Source: an uncultured Chloroflexia bacterium (GTDB taxonomy: Bacteria; Chloroflexota; Limnocylindria; Limnocylindrales; CSP1-4). From it: DNA of 64,000 nucleotides. The stretch is from NCBI GenBank assembly GCA_963766735.1, contig CAVYBU010000008.1, forward strand, positions 224,001 to 288,000, given 5' to 3'. Shown here one piece after another: positions 61,334-64,000 of the stretch (position 1 is the stretch's first letter; every line of letters starts with the position of its first letter). A program made the translations under genes and the position numbers. The notes beneath the pieces are model-generated. The model saw only the letters and a list, made by a program, of their open reading frames with translations. It did no database searches and was not told the DNA's origin.

Positions 61334-61474
61334 ATGGCAGAGGCCTACTGCGTCAAGGACAAGGTCAAGGTCGAGGTCCAGAACCCCGAGCAGATCACGA
61401 TGAAGAACGGCAAGCCCGCGCTCAAGGGCACCTGCCCGAAGTGCGGCGGCAAGGTCTTCCGGATCGGCGGCTGA
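61334..61474 (+). CDS. DUF5679-like small basic protein
   Basis: RBS GAGGAGG; MAEAYCVKDKVKVEVQNPEQITMKNGKPALKGTCPKCGGKVFRIGG. Confidence 0.85.
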   Translation: MAEAYCVKDKVKVEVQNPEQITMKNGKPALKGTCPKCGGKVFRIGG

Positions 61475-61496
61475 CCTCGTAGCTTCAGAACCACAG

Positions 61497-61533
61497 ATTG
61501 AGCCCCCGAAGGCACGGCCTGAGGGGGCTCAAT
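61497..61533. terminator. Strong hairpin downstream of the small gene
   Basis: Perfect 11-bp stem ATTGAGCCCCC / GGGGGCTCAAT; no U-tract. Confidence 0.5.
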
Positions 61534-61695
61534 GGTGCTCGGCATGGTCCCAATGGGCCCCCCGCATTCCGGGCCGGGGGGTCGCGGGAGCCGATAGATC
61601 CCTTTGCTACCATTCTCCCCGAGCACACGTTCCAGAACCACCCGAGGTCACGCCCTGCCCCTTCCCACGGCCATCGCCCACGACCCCGGCCCTGA

Positions 61696-62961
<1,266 letters not shown>

Positions 62962-62992
62962 CCCGGAGCCCTCGGGGCTCCCGGAGGAACCA

Positions 62993-64000
62993 ATGATGGA
63001 CAAGCTCACAGTCCGCGACCTCGATGCCGGGGGCAAGAGGGTCTTCGTCCGCGTGGACTTCAACGTACCGCTCGAGGATGGACGGGTCACAGACGACTCG
63101 CGCATCCGGGCGGCGCTGCCGACCATCCGGTACCTGCAGGCGCAGGGCGCCCGCGTCGTCCTTGCCAGCCACCTCGGCCGGCCGGTCGGCAAGGTCAGTG
63201 ACAGCTTCCGGCTCCGGCCGGTTGCCGAGCGCCTGGGCCAGCTGATGGGCAAGACCGTCCCGGTGACCGGCGACGCCCTTGGAGTGGGCACGGAGGACGC
63301 GGTGCGGCGACTGCGCAACGGCGAGGTCCTGCTCCTCGAGAACCTCCGCTTCCATGCGGAGGAGGAGAAGAACGATCCGGTGTTCGCGGAGGCCCTCGCG
63401 GCGTACTGCGACGTCTACGTGAACGACGCGTTCGGGACCGCGCACCGCGCCCACGCGTCAACCGTGGGGATCGCGAAGCTCCGTCCGGCGTATGCCGGGT
63501 TCCTGATGGAGAAGGAGCTCGCGAACCTCGGCAGGCTGCTCGACAACCCCGAGCGGCCGTTCGCGGCGATCATCGGTGGGGCCAAGGTCTCCGACAAGAT
63601 CAAGGTCCTCAAGAACCTGCTCGCCAAGGTCGACATCATGGTGATCGGCGGCGGGATGGCCAACACCTTCCTGCTCGCTCAGGGCAAGCCGATCGGCAAG
63701 AGCCTGGCCGAGCCGGACCGCGTGGAGGACGCCCGCGCGATCCTCGCCGCGGCCGAGGGGAGGGGCGTCAAGGTCGTCCTGCCGGTGGACGTGATCGTGG
63801 CCAAGGAAGTCACCCGCGGCACCGAGTACAAGACGCTCTCCGCGGACAAGGTCCCGGCCAGCTGGCACATCGTGGACCTTGGCAAACAGACCCTGTCCAA
63901 CATCGAGGAGGCCCTGGCGGATGTCCGCACGGTCCTCTGGAACGGCCCGCTGGGCGTGTTCGAGATCCCCTCGTTCGCGCACGGCACCAAGGCCATCGCC
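62993..64000 (+). CDS. pgk: Phosphoglycerate kinase (runs off the window end)
   Basis: Manual translation: [56 protein letters not shown]. Confidence 0.98.
   Translation, partial: MMDKLTVRDLDAGGKRVFVRVDFNVPLEDGRVTDDSRIRAALPTIRYLQAQGARVVLASHLGRPVGKVSDSFRLRPVAERLGQLMGKTVPVTGDALGVGTEDAVRRLRNGEVLLLENLRFHAEEEKNDPVFAEALAAYCDVYVNDAFGTAHRAHASTVGIAKLRPAYAGFLMEKELANLGRLLDNPERPFAAIIGGAKVSDKIKVLKNLLAKVDIMVIGGGMANTFLLAQGKPIGKSLAEPDRVEDARAILAAAEGRGVKVVLPVDVIVAKEVTRGTEYKTLSADKVPASWHIVDLGKQTLSNIEEALADVRTVLWNGPLGVFEIPSFAHGTKAIA

Overview
High-GC bacterial chromosomal window. Gene content, GAAC-N4-GTTC LexA boxes and many leaderless-type starts suggest Chloroflexota or an actinobacterium-like lineage (inference only). 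The housekeeping backbone is pyrG, rho, LysM/M23 peptidase-obgE-nadD-rsfS, comEA-comEC-HD-holA, leuS, three tRNAs (Ala-GGC, Tyr-GTA, Ala-CGC), a nucleoside phosphorylase and gap-pgk (partial). Five accessory blocks stand out. (1) 1-8.6 kb: a decaying array of ECF sigma factor / membrane beta-propeller modules, including frameshifted and fused copies. (2) 15.1-16.9 kb: a tandem trio of hydrolase-cyclase genes, two reduced to scars. (3) 29.2-30.4 kb: a CGNR zinc-finger regulator whose divergent promoter holds four GTAACC/GGTTAC half-sites exactly 24 bp apart. (4) 37.0-43.6 kb: a six-gene candidate biosynthetic operon beside tRNA-Ala (methyltransferase, radical SAM with a TusA-like N-domain, DoxX-like protein, epimerase, DUF2079-like membrane protein, GT2-DUF2064-like fusion), the best candidate for an undescribed system. 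(5) 46.6-55.8 kb: a split imuA-imuB / dnaE2 mutasome with two SOS boxes and a heavily inserted DnaE2. No CRISPR array, transposase, integrase or rRNA was seen. Family names come from motif recognition, not database searches. Several apparent frameshifts could be assembly errors.
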